From assembly GCA_900088475.1 (NCBI GenBank), contig FLMG01003956.1, positions 1 through 36,169 on the forward strand: DNA of 36,169 bases, read 5' to 3'. Position numbers and translations under genes: made by a program. The notes under the pieces were generated by a model that saw nothing but the letters and a program-made list of their open reading frames with translations, did no database searches and was not told the DNA's origin. Every line of letters starts with the position of its first letter. Within the stretch, counting starts at the first letter, position 1. Shown here one piece after another: positions 20,659 through 32,295 of this stretch. The DNA comes from Hyphochytrium catenoides (taxonomy: Eukaryota; Protista; Hyphochytriomycota).

Positions 20659-23335
20659 TTAAGGCTCTGAGGCTTCGTTGCAAGCTGGGGGTACATCGAA
20701 GGCATTTTCAAAGCCGTCAGGTTTGGCAGACACACCCAGTCCACGCTTAGCAAAGCCCTTCCAGATGTCGCAGTGGTTGGCTCCGTTATTGTTTGCTTCA
20801 TCAGCCTGCAAAATGGCATCTCGCGCCTGTACGAGAGTTGGATTGCAGGGCTGGAGCTTCATCCCATCCATAACGAGCTGCATCATCAAAGTGTTGCCTT
20901 TCCCACTCTTTGCGTCGTCCTTATACTGAGGGGTGAAGCCCAGCTTGTCGATGAGGTTCCAGTACACCTCCAACAGCATCGCACACCAGACTTCTCCAAT
21001 CTTATGCACCTTGTTATACTCCTTCAGATAGGAGTACGTGTGCGGGTTCACTTGCATGTCCGTCGTGTAGGGAAAGCGCCGAATGCCGAGAGGGTTCTCC
21101 GTCACATATACACCCACAGCGAAGGAGCTCTGTCGTGTGTCTGTCTCCTTCGTCCTTAGCGCTGTGGCGTAAAAGTCTGACCATCCTTCACCCATTCCTC
21201 GGGACTGAAGGTTGCTTAGACAGTTAGGAGTGTCCGCTCCACCGGTGAGTCTGTTGGAGAGTCCGTGCGTGACCTCATGCACGATAATATCGTTCGACAG
21301 AGCGCCGTCTCGCATAGGTTTGGTACTATCCCTGTTGATGATTTTCAGTGATTAGTTGGGGCAAATCGGGCAAAAGCTAGAAGCGAGAAGAATTGTGGAA
21401 GAGCAAAGAGTAGCAGTGTGGTGCAGGATCTAATGACGGAATCCCAAAGACCCAGGAGCCACTTCAATAGAAGCGTCAGTAGAGTCCTTTTAGGCGGTAC
21501 CGTTGCAAGAAACGCCAGACATTCTCAAGCAACGTGGTAGGACTGCAGACTCAGACAGAACGAGAGACGAAAGGGCGGGAAGAGGGTCAAGTTAAAAAGG
21601 ACATCAGTACATACCAGAGGAACATTGTCATTCGCGGAGACCGTCCGTCGACCGGTGTTCCAAAGACTGCGTTATTGAGAGCCGACTCATCCTGGCAAAC
21701 TGCCAGCACTGGGTCATTCGCCTTGCCTCCACCACTGTTGGCATTCTGGAAGTTCCCAGCCTCTTCGGTGAAGCCGTAAGCGTAATAGATGTCATGCACA
21801 GCGTTGGTCATGTAGAACATGTTTGTCACTGCCACCTCCCTATTCGCCTGGGGCGCGGCGCTCTCATTGAAGGTGAAGTTGAAGTTATAGCCTTCAGCTC
21901 GCACTGCTTCATTCTTCAGCCAGTCCACGGCGTAGACATTGTTTCCTGTCGTCAGGCCTGCAGGTCCGGAGCCGTTATTATGCCAACCCTGTGGTGAGTA
22001 TCGCAGGTCCTGAGGGTCCGTTAAGATGTTAAATGGGCCATCCGAAGGGTCCGCGAAGCCTAAAGGGATAACGTTATAGCTAACATCAGATACGCCAGGC
22101 GCCAATCTCCGCCTAAGATAGCTGTTCCCGCTGTTATAGGTCGTCTCTAGATCGTCATCAGGCGTCTCTACTAGGAGCTTTAACTGCTCAGTCCTCAACA
22201 GAGAGCGATAATGTCTGTCTCCACTGGGTAACTCCAGTTCAAACGTGTCCATTTGCAATTGTCCCGAGAGGGAGGAGCGTGGTACGTTGGACTCAGAGTT
22301 CCAGTCGGAAACAGCTATGATACGTCCTTCCTTATTGGCGCTGACGAAAACGTTGAGCCTTCAATGGAGGCGTAAAGGGAGGAAGGGTGTGGGACAGAAT
22401 CATGAGTATCAAACACCGACAATAATGGCTGCTTAGCCTCAGGTGCTGTTTAGAAACATGCAGGGCAAACGAGGAGCAGGATGTGGCCAGCAGAGAAATG
22501 GTAGCGGGAATGAAGAGGACCGCAGGGGCTAGCATAACAACGAGAAGGATTAGATCACAGAGGCAAAGCAGCTTTTCTTTCGCTGGGAGGCTTACCAGTT
22601 CTTTGGCATCTCAACTTCCAGACTCCAGACGAGCTCAAGGGCATTGTCAGTGGCTTGGTAGAACTTCAGCTCCGCCTGCACCTCACGTCCTAGGGCGAAG
22701 GAAGCGCCCTTGATGGTCCAATCAATCGGAACTCCTCTTACTTCCTTGGATCCTTTGACTCCCTCCAGCAGCAACTGCGACGTATCTATGCCAGCAGATC
22801 TCGCGAAGCTTTTCACGGCATCGACCGCAGAGATCTCTGGAACGATGTTCCCTGAACCCGTGCCGTCGCCGCTGACTGGCGTGTCGGCGTCTGCCACAGT
22901 GCTGGCATAGGTTAGGATGTTATTGTTCTTGTCAACAGTTACCTTGAGCCCCCCATTTTCCACCTGCAGGCCCTCCTTAGTCTGTGCCATGTAGATGTGA
23001 TAAAGCCCGTTGTGTGCGTCTCTGAACTCTCGAATGGTCTCTACCGTGGGCGTTTCTGCGCCTCGGGCAGTGCCTTGAGCGAGCTTCTGCTGGATGAACT
23101 TCAGAGCAGACTCTGACTGGCTGGAGCCTCGGCCAGGCAGATGAAGGCCCGTTGTGAACTCTCCTTTCGGTTGCCAATAGGAGGGAGCAGTGAGAGACAC
23201 CTTAACAGTCTCCTCAGCCGTAGCTGAACGGCCTGCAAGCCCTCCTGCTGTCACCAGCAAAGCGGCTAGCATGCTTACTCTCATTCCCTGCCTGTTGCAT
23301 GCCATTCGGCCGCGAGGAGATGTTTTGCGGGCCAT
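20659..23335 (-). CDS. Secreted fungalysin (peptidase M36) zinc metalloprotease preproenzyme, 3 exons
   Basis: Exons 23335-22596, 22358-21615 and 21331-20659. Signal peptide (MLAALLVTAGGLAG); FTP-type propeptide (GLYHIYMAQTKEGLQVENG); SPQGWH, TTGNNV, TNMFYMTNAVHDIYYAYGFTEEAGNFQ; HEVTHGLSNRLTGG; third Zn ligand in GMGEGWSD; VHKIGEVW; DGMKLQPCNPT; WKGFAKRGLG. Confidence 0.95.
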
Positions 23336-26300
23336 TGGCTATTAGGTAATGAGCCCGAAGCTTGAAAGAGACGGATTAGCAGCCCCTCCTATCGGACTAA
23401 GAGTAAAACTGAGAGTGACAAGGAAAATAACTCCGGCAAGCAGTCAAAAGAAGACGGGCTTTCGTCCTGCCATAGAGCCAGCTATAGTACCATCATTATG
23501 AGAGAGAGATTGAAATAGTAGGGAAGAGGGGAATTGGAAAGGAATCGAGCTGGTAGCAGGGAACGAAAGGATCAGGGGATGCGAGCTGCTCTTTGACGAC
23601 AAGCGCGGAAGGTGCCTTGGAGACATGCGTTTATTCTATTTATCAATTGCAGACAGGGGCCACGCGAGATGCTAGCAGGGGAATGCTCCTAAATGCAGCT
23701 CCTCGAACAATGATGCGTCACGACTCTTCTTATGATCATCTCAGCGGGTAAACTTCTTCTTGATGGAGGACCGAAGCACTTGTACCTGTAAGATAAGGAT
23801 AACTGCAGGGGCGGGCATGAACCCACAGGACAGCCACCGTAAGAAAGAGAAATTTGATCACCGGTTTCTATTGAGGAAAGTGAAGGAAGCCGGAGCTAGA
23901 ACCAAGAAGTTCAACACAGAGGATGCCCTATTCGCCACCATGGCTACCCTCATCATATAGAGCTATCATCATATCGTCGCCCGTTCAATGCGGCCCAACT
24001 CTCCCGCTGCTTGCTCTCCCATCCTCAAGTCTTCGGCTCTGTCCAATGCTGGAGCTTGACCCCGCGGTCATCAGGCAAGATCCGTGTTGCTCCTCAGCCA
24101 GTGCACCATGGAATAAACTCCTCCTGTCCGCAGTGAAGAAGGACTGTCCGACTGGCTCTTCTGTCCGGGGCAGGAGGAGAAGGTGAACGTTCCTTCTTCC
24201 TTTTCTGTCCTGCCGTCGGCCCTTCGCCTTCTGTCTCCGCCGCCCTTCGGCCCTTTGGACGGCAGTCTTCGATCTGTTCATACTCAAGATCTTTGTTGCC
24301 TTTGGCCTTTGAACAGAAGATAGGAGAGAGGGAGAGACAGAAAGGCGAAGAGAGGAGTTAGGCTGAGATTATGTACAGAGTAGAAGGAGAGGAGTTGTTT
24401 AGTTGGAAGAGACAGAGGGAGAAAGAGAGAAAGGGTGGTGAGAGACAGAGAATGGAAAGGCAAGTACAGAATAACAATTCCCTTTCTGAATAACACCTGC
24501 GACTTACACCCCAATCGTAATCCGCACAGAGTTTCAGTTCCTAGGTCAGAATAGAAGTTTAAGGTGGCCTGTGCCCCATACCTTTACCGCTTGATGTCCC
24601 CCCTTTTTTGAGATGGGCGACAGTTGAGACCCGTCTACCAGGACCGAGACCGCATATGCTAGTCGTGTACCTATGGTGCTTGTCCTACCGGTTCTGACCC
24701 TGAGGTGCCCATACATAAGTGCGATTAGTAGACGTAAAACGGTAGTCTCCCCTCCTTCCTGTCATATCTCTATCTTGTTAATACTGTATAGATACATAAC
24801 TACTCTTTCTCTCTCTCCTTTTCATACCACCGCTCTTCTTCTCCTCCCTTTCGCTCTCTCTCTCTTTCTCTTTCTATATATATACTCCCGCTCCTTCTCT
24901 CTCTGTCTCTCTCCTACTCTCTGAGGCTTCTTTCCTTCTGTCGTCGCTCTTACTCCTCTCGTCCCTGATAGTGGTAGCAACTATAGTAAGAGGTCAGAAG
25001 AAGGAGAAGAAGAATGGGAACGGTGGTTATTTTTTCGTCCTGCTGTCTCCTCCTTGTTTTTCTTCTCCCAATGACAAAGATTGACTAACTAGCACAAAGT
25101 GGACCAATGGAAGCCTCAGCGCTGGCCAGAACATGAGGAGGACGGCTGGTACGTCTTCTGGTAGAAAAGAGGAGGAGAATGATGATCATCGAGCTCATCA
25201 TTCTTTGATAAGCCAGAAGCAGCAGGGAGAAAAAGTAGACAAAGAGGAATTAGGTGGGAGCATCTAGCAGCTGCTGTTGACGGTGGTGATGATGATTGAG
25301 TTGATAAGTCACTTGTATTCCTTGGTCTCCTCGGTCGTGCTCAACTGTTCTTCTCATCATGCGACGGCTATCTTCTTCTTGTCCTTCGTGGCTGTTTAGG
25401 CTGCCTCGTGCATTTCTAACTAGCTTATTATGCTTGTGTACCGCTGTCTGCCAAATCAACCATACTCAAACACCTTAGCATTTATAGCTGGATAATAAGG
25501 CTTCTCCCCGTCTTCCGCCTCTAAAGCGTAGAGGTGTCACCAGCTAGCTACTACTATCAATTCTGCGGTGTTAACCGTTTCGTTGTTAACCTCTTGGGCG
25601 TCTTTCTACTACTGGTGCCAAAAAAGAGAAGAAGAACAAGTACGTCTAAACGAGGTTAGAATTACAACAAGAAGGCTGTGCGCTTCTCTATGAAGTGCCG
25701 TAGTATTGACTGCAGCGCGCGCAGTCTTTCCTGAGTGACCCAGCCCGCATTAAGACGAACGAATCATAGTGCTGTGTGGCCGGGTTTCCTTTGACTCCGA
25801 CTCTTGCGACTATTTATCGATGGACTCGCATATAAAGAAAAGAAAGAAGTCTAGAGGCTTCTTATTGGAGACCCAAAGTGAGCTTTAAACCAGCATCATC
25901 TTTGCCGTGATATCTCCAGCATAGCAAAAGCGAACCCGACGAGGAGGCTGAGAGACTGATGATGACTTATTATTGGGACTCCTCGTCTGGCATCTGCCAC
26001 TCTTCTTGGTCCCCTTCGCCGCTCAGTTGCCTCAGTTGCCTCGTGGTTCTGTCTCCACTTAATCTCTCCCTCAGCTCTCTCTCCTTCCTCCTCTTGTTTC
26101 TCATTCCCTTTGTTCGCCGCTTGGGGCATCTCAATTCTTCTGTAGCCTTCAATGCATGCGTGAGGGGTGTGCCACCCAGCAGGAACTATGGACACATTTG
26201 CACCTCGTCCCTCCTCTTATGGCACTTGGCACTGCCTCTCATCATTGATAGTTCCTCCTGGTCCTATCTATCTCATTGCCTACTAGCGCTGCTTTATGGC

Positions 26301-26726
26301 TCCTGAGGAGCTTGAGAGACTGAACTGATAATAGGCCAACCCAAGCTTGTGGCTCCCATACCTCACATCTCACACTTAGTCCTCCTTATGAGGTCACCAC
26401 CACCTCTCCTCCTGCTGCGGCTCTCCGATGAAGCTTTGGACGAGCGCTAAAGAGCATCACTCACTCAATTTGACCGCTAACGGACGGAATAAACTCAAGC
26501 AGCCCACCCATCCTTCTTCCCTGGCTGGTTGTGTACATGTAATCGTATGATTCTGAGCACCCCACCCACGGGTGTTCTGAAAGGCAAGGGCTGGGGCTGG
26601 GGTGGCCGCGATCAGAATCTCTGGGAAATATCTTGAAAATAGCATCTGCAGATCTGAGCTTCAGAGACAGATCCAAAGATTCGCGGTCATTGCCTAGCTC
26701 GCTGTCAAGCAAAAGGAAGCGAGATC

Positions 26727-29700
26727 ATGAGCACAGCAACTGCAACAGGAGGGGACATCCTCGATGCCGACTTCCAGGCGGCACATAAGCTGCTGGAGGA
26801 GGAGGCGACCATTCGCAGCGCCTTCATCCAGAAGGTATCATACGATGTGGCTTTGGAGCTGAGGAAGGATGGAACTTACAGCGGGAGGAACATCATCAAG
26901 TTCACCTTCGTTGGCAGCAAACAACCAGCCGACTTTACTCCCTTCTTGGACTTCACGGGAAAAGCTATCCACAAGTTCGTGGTCAACGGCCAAGAGGCAG
27001 CTCGCACGTTGGAAGTTGCCCTACAGGGCCAGAAGAAGGAGGTGGGCGTCTGGAGTAACAATCGCCTTTACTTGGATCCCCAGCTTCTGAAGGAAGGCGA
27101 GAATCTGGTGCAAGTCGAGTATACCAATAACTATGACAAGACTGGGGCAGGTCCGACAACAAGCTGCTTCGTTTTACCTTCGTCCCCGATGTCTCCTAAG
27201 TGGATCCAAGTGCTCCCCTCATCTTACGTTTCTTGTCTTTCGTAAGCCCCGTATGCTTTCCTTCTTCAACCTGCGCTTCTCAGTCCTTCTTCTCTATTTG
27301 GAGCCATTGCCTTGCTCTTTCCTTACTTGGATGGTTTAGCTCACCAACGTACCGTGTCCTGTCACTCCCGGTTCATCTATCCGAAGACGTGGCCTTCCAT
27401 CCCGTACTTCCACTCGCTCATTCTTCTCTCAATCATTTGACGCCCCAATCTTCCCTTCATATTCTCCAATCGTGATAAACGGCAGGCTTGCACTGCTTTG
27501 AGGACCCAGAGGACGGAGAGATCTACGTCTATTCCAACTTTGAGCCGTATGACTGTCACATGATGATCCCTTGTTTCGATCAGCCGGACATCAAGGCGCC
27601 CTGGACCCTAAAGGTCATTGCCCCTAACACCTGGAAGGTAAGATAGACGAAGATGCAGAGGAGGTGAGGAGAGGAGGACGTGGAATGGAGAGGATAGAGA
27701 CGCTCGTTGTTTGTCTTCTTATCAGCAGCGAGAGCAAGACTGACAAATTTGCACTGATTACTTCTCTGCAATCCCTCTTCTCTATGCCTATCGGACTCTC
27801 CCGATCAAAGGTTGTCGCCAACGCCCCTGCCGTATCCTCTGCTGTCCCAGTGAATGGCTCCAAGGATTTTGGAGAGTGGACTTTTGAGGCGACGCCTGCC
27901 ATCTCCACCTACCTCTACGCGCTGGTGGGCGGACCTTACGAGGAGTTTAAAGATGTCCATAAGAACGGTAACATCCCTCTGGGAATGTACTGCAGGTACG
28001 GTCTTCTAACCCGACAGTCTAGGAGGAAAAGAGGGAGACAGAGCTACTAGCGAACAGTACGAGCGTTGACCAAAGAACGAGAGACAGAGGCAGAGAAGCT
28101 CTAGCACATAACGTTAAAGGCAAAAGTGAGATATGGAGAACAACCTTCTGGGACCTTCGGTATCTATTGACCATGGTACTCTCTCCTTCGTTGTCTTGTT
28201 CTCTCCTACCTGCAGAAAGACTCTGGTTAAGTTTCTGACCGCTGAGGAGCGCGAGGAGCTGTTTACCGTCACGAAACAAGGTCTTGACTTCTTCGGAGAG
28301 TTCTTTGGCATCGCATATCCCTTCAAGAAGTACGACCAAATCTTCTGCCCCGAGTTTAACGCGGGAGCTATGGAGAACCCGGGCTGTGTGACGTTCACTG
28401 AGTACTATATCTTCAGAGACCCACCCACTCTTGTCCAAAGGTACGTGATAAGGCGCGAACAGCAGCAACCGCTAAGTGGAGAACCATGTGTGACGACAGA
28501 GAATGGCTTTCAAGTTAGGGCGGCTAGGGAGAGGTGGGCAACGATCGAGGATCCGCGGCGAGTAGGAAGCTAAGAGACTTAGAAGATATGGGCGATAGAG
28601 AGTTATGGACCCTTGGGCTGTCCTTATGCCCGCTAGCAACTTTCTTGTTCTCACGTCGCTTTCCTATTACTCTCTCCGATAACTTGTCAACGTAACCGCG
28701 ACTGGCAGGGTTGGGCGTGCTGACACCTTCCTGCATGAGATGGTGAGGCTTTTAACGCGTCTTTCACATTTTCTGTTTCTTGCGAGCGCCTCATCTTCTC
28801 CCCTTTACCTTCCATCCACCTCTAATGCACCCACTTCAAACACTAGGCACACATGTGGTTTGGCAATCTGGTCACTATGAAGTGGTAAGTACTCTGGTCT
28901 TGGATGAGGGCTAATTCTGTAGACTTAGCCATGGGACTGACTGTCCTCTTCTTCTGCCTCTTCCGACACTTCTCTTTACCTGAATGTCTCACCCTATAGG
29001 TGGAACGGCCTCTGGTTGAACGAGTCCTTCGCAACCTACATGGCAGCGCTTGCCGTAGCTGAGTGTACCAAATTTGGTCAAACTTCCTGGGTGATGTTTG
29101 GCTCTTCTCTACGACGCTGGGCAATGGACCAGGACGAGTTGGAGACAACTCATCCCATCGAAGGAGCTGTAAGAGACACCTCAGAGACGTTCCTCAACTT
29201 TGACGGTATCACCTATGGAAAAGGCGCTTGTACGCTGAAGCAGCTTGTCTTCCTCGTCGGCATGGACAACTTCAAGGCAGGAATGCAGGTACATGGTGAC
29301 TTTCTTGTGGGGTTGACGTGTTGCTGTTGCTCTTTCTGTTACCTACCTTTGTGTCCAAGACGTCCTAGTGGGCCAGCGTGCTCCTCTGCTGTTGGGAAAG
29401 TGTCGTCGCCCTGGTTTGACATTTGGTCGCCTCCTCTCCCTTCTTATGTTTTCTCGAGCAGTCCTCCGTTGCAAAATCTTGCTTATCTCTGATTGCTCTC
29501 CCTCTCGTTCTCCCATTTAGTACTATTTCTCTAAGTACAAGTGGGGCAACACGACGGTCGAAGACTTCCTCCATGCCATCCAAGAGAAATGTGCTGGCGT
29601 CGACCTTGATGCTTGGGAGAGGCAATGGCTTCGCACTTCGGGACCCAGCACACTGACTCCTCAATGGTCCGTAGACTCTGAGGGCAAGATCCAGAATTTT

Positions 29701-31819
29701 GATATCATCCAGACGGCGCCTGAGGAGCATCCGCACCTCCGGCAGCACAAGGTGGAGGTCGCAATGTTTGACGAGGCAGGGAGGATGCTGCATAGGACCA
29801 AAGCGGAGATCAATGGGGAGAAGTCCTGCGTGAAGGAGGTGAGAGTTATAAGCAGTCCTTCGTTGGTGCTCCAGCCTCCTGTTCTCTTTAGATTATTCCC
29901 CTCAGCTTTCGAAGAATTGTCAAGCTCTTAAGGTCGTGAGCTCTCCTCCTAATCCGGCTCTCTCTTCCCGCTCACAGCTGGTTGGCAAGGCAGCTTCCAA
30001 TGTAGCCTTTACCTATATCAACTTTGGAGACCACGGTTATGGCAAGTTCAACCTAGGCGAGCGCTCAATCAGCTTTCTCAGCCAGGCTCTGCAGCCAGAC
30101 TTCTTCAAGGTATGGCCTTGCATATGTTTTCGGTCTGCTCTGTTGTCTCTCACTTCCTGCCATGCAGGATGATCTATTGACGAAGCAGGCTGTGTGGGAC
30201 TCGGCCTGGTACATGGTTCGAGACCGCAAGCTGAGCGTTCTTCGCTACCTTTCCTTCGTCAGAGAGGCTCTGGTCAAGGACGATGGTGATGATTGGCTAT
30301 CTTCCTTCCCTTCTTTCTTCTCTGGATCTCATCGTTTGTTCCCTTTTCTATTCACTTTGGCTTCGCTACTTCTCTCTATCTGTGGTGCTCTTAATGATTT
30401 CTCTTTTTGCACGTGGATGGGCTGGTGTGCACTCTTGGTCTTCTACCTCCTTTTTAGCTTATTTGGTGAGCTCGTTAGTAGCATCCATTAACGATGAGTC
30501 CCTCTCATAGACTCGCGTCTGGTGGACCTTGTACGCGGTACCTTGATGCGCGCCCTCTACTCCTACACGCCTTCGGAGTATCTGGAGAGAGAGTGCTCTT
30601 CTCTTTTCTCTGCCGCTCTAGGTCGGCTCAGTACTCTTCCGATGGAGTTGGAGGGCCTCAAGAGCTCTTGGGGCAAGGTCCTTGTGCTCGCAACGGAGAC
30701 AAAAGATGACCTTGAGAGAATGCTCGGCGTGATTGATAACAACGAAGTAATCAATGGCTATTCTCTAGATCAAAGTTTAAGGTAAGGTACCGTCCAGATC
30801 CAGTAACACATTCGAACCTGCTGATTGCAGTGAATTGGGCAGATACGAGTTCTTCTCCGTTTGTCACTAGCCATTCTCTCACTGTGGCTCAGAACGGATG
30901 GCCGATGGGTTGCTGATGCCTTTCCGTTGTCCTGTCGTCCCTGCTGTTCTCTCTTTGCTGCTTCAGGCTTGCCTCCTTTCCCACCTAGTCCTCTCATTCA
31001 TTCCCAAACATCAATTTGCTACTAGGCAACTGGCTGCACGTGTGTGACTCCCTCTCTCTATCCATTCGCCTACCGTCACTTTCATCAGGTGGACCATCAT
31101 TGAGCTTGGGTTTGCGCATGGACTGCCTGGTATGGAAGAGCGCCTGGAGCGCGAGCTTGCTCGGGACCCAAGTGATGTGGGGAAACAGAGTGCCAAGACC
31201 TGCAGAGCCGCGCAGCCTACGGCAGAGGCGAAAGCGGCAGCCTGGGCCCGGTACGTTGCTGAGAAGCCTGAGGACACGAACCACATGATGTTTGCAGGTG
31301 AGACGCAAGGAAGCGAGTCACTGGCGCTTGTGTTATGTATCAATCTTCTCCTCACCTAACCCTACTACATATTTTCTTTCCTGCAACAATGGTCTCAGCT
31401 ACCCTACTCTCTCTTTTTCTCTCTCTCTTCCTCTAACTGGGCGTCTTGTTCCCTCTGTTTCTCTCTCTCTCTTCTACGAAGACATGAGTGGCTTTCAACA
31501 GCGGAACCAGGCAGCCCTCCTAGAGCCTTATGTGGAAAAGTACTTCAACACCATTCGTGATATCTGCAACACGAGGAACAAGGAATACGCCATGTCTTTC
31601 CTTTCTCTCCTGCACCCTCTCCTGCATGACAAGTCGGAGGGGGGAAGTCTCACGACTGGAGAGGATCTTGTGCGCCGTTGGGAGCAGCTGTTAGCTCAGG
31701 TTGAGCAGGGACAAAGCGGAGAAGCAGGGGACACGATCCTGAAGAGACCTGGCAAGGATCGCATCAGCAATCTGAAGAGAGCGATGGGCATCAGAGCTTT
31801 TGCCAGAGAAAATCCTTAA
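26727..31819 (+). CDS. pepN: M1-family aminopeptidase N (bacterial PepN-like) with C-terminal helical domain, multi-exon
   Basis: [97 protein letters not shown] (HEXXH-X18-E), THPI, NFDGITYGKGA, LRQHK, NFGDHGYGK. No signal peptide. Confidence 0.93.
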
Positions 31820-32295
31820 GTTGGCTGGGTGCCTTTAGGGGCAGATATACTCTCTGATAGCACTTTACTCTCTCTCTCTCTCTCGTTTGCTGGAGTAGGG
31901 TAGCTGCATAAGACCAGATAACACGGACATCTCTAGTCTTCTTTGAATCGATAGATGTCACTCTAGTCGCTTGCAAGCTCTGCAACGCCACCCATAGCTC
32001 TCTTAGCTCACTCTTACTCTATCTCACTCAGACGCGTACTTGCTCTCTCCAGTCTATCGCTCATCTCAGGCTAGGTCCTTCCCACAAAGGTGCCGCTCCT
32101 CCTTGTGAGAAGGAAGCCAAAGCTCCCTATGTGCCTTCAAAACTCCCTATCTGTATATTTACCTCTTGTTATAAAGGGAACATCAGGCCGTGAAGCCCAC
32201 CCATTACATATTAAGGAACTCCTCCCTCTCCTTTCCTGTCCGTTCCCCATCTACGCTTTCTCTGGAGAGGCTCTTCTCCCGTTATTTCTCTTGTC

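Noticed and set aside
19384-20662. ORFs of 60-159 aa between the membrane protein and M36
   Set aside because: No domain-like features; cannot be supported as genes without expression data.
23444-26712. Short ORFs and small hairpins (e.g. AATGATGA...TCATCATT near 25178-25202) in the M36-pepN spacer
   Set aside because: Low complexity or chance-level structure; no complete snoRNA box set, terminal repeats or transposase motifs seen.
13288-31819. Bacterial contamination or endosymbiont insert (ftsZ, pepN)
   Set aside because: Both genes are interrupted by many spliceosomal introns with the same microsatellite style as their neighbours, and FtsZ has a targeting presequence.
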